From contig NC_083412.1 of the NCBI RefSeq assembly GCF_020745735.1, forward strand, positions 74,552,320 to 74,616,319: 64,000 nucleotides of DNA. The letters run 5' to 3'. The stretch is from Hemiscyllium ocellatum. Taxonomy: Eukaryota. A program made the position numbers and the translations under genes. Below the pieces are notes generated by a model that was not told where the DNA came from, made no database searches, and saw only the letters and a list, made by a program, of their open reading frames with translations. Below are positions 63,521 through 64,000 of the stretch, piece after piece (within the stretch, counting starts at the first letter, position 1; every line of letters begins with the position of its first letter).

Positions 63521-64000
63521 TTTTATATGAACTTGAGCAACAAGACCTGAGATGACGTGAGCAGCCTAACTCAATGTCAGGAGCAACTTGCTGCACCATT
63601 CATGCACCTCCCAGGGGGTGAAATGAGATTCTTGCTCAGCAGTGGCAAGTTGTCAAAAAGGGAATCATTGTTGATTAAATACAGCACAATTTGTCACATC
63701 AATATTCAGCTTCTTGTCTCACCAAACATACGGATAAAACTAGACTTCAGGAATACTTGACACAGAAGTCAGGACAGGTCCTGGTATCTTCAGCTTGCCA
63801 CTAACTGCACAGAACCATGTTTCTCAGGATCATGCATCTCAGGGGATTATCCATGGGCACACATATCTCATCCACGGACATTAGCATCATTGTTGAAAGT
63901 AAGAATGCAGATGTAGCAGGCGTGATGAAGGAAAATGGTATGGTGACCTTCGTAGTGAAAGGATTCATATCCAGGAGCAGGGAGGTGTTGCTCCAATTGT

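Noticed and set aside
1-64000. LINE strand bias as evidence for the orientation of a host gene
   Set aside because: Both orientations are common (roughly 13 plus versus 7 minus CR1 pieces), too few to be informative.

Overview
Eukaryotic, repeat-dense, apparently non-genic (intronic or intergenic) DNA. It is most likely from a shark or ray, inferred from HE1-type tRNA/V-SINEs paired with HER1/CR1 LINE tails. No convincing host protein-coding exon was found: the long ORFs are decayed retroelement ORFs or their antisense shadows. Contents: about 20 CR1 LINE remnants (one near full-length with esterase ORF1 plus APE-RT ORF2), L2-like and RTE remnants, HE1 and older SINEs, Tigger-like MITEs, and two Gypsy-type LTR remnants, one with the unusual Gmr1 order IN-RT-RH. 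The main feature is a dense set of Penelope-like element (PLE) insertions from about four families, each carrying a minimal hammerhead ribozyme motif (CUGANGA-N-stemII-GAAA-palindrome-UH). Many are inverted hairpin insertions, from about 130 bp to 3.2 kb. They have 10-16 bp target-site duplications (TSDs) and a fixed asymmetry: one arm ends in a 32-40 nt tail and the other arm stops exactly before it. Coordinates of old degenerate repeats are approximate and family names come from motif recognition, not database searches.
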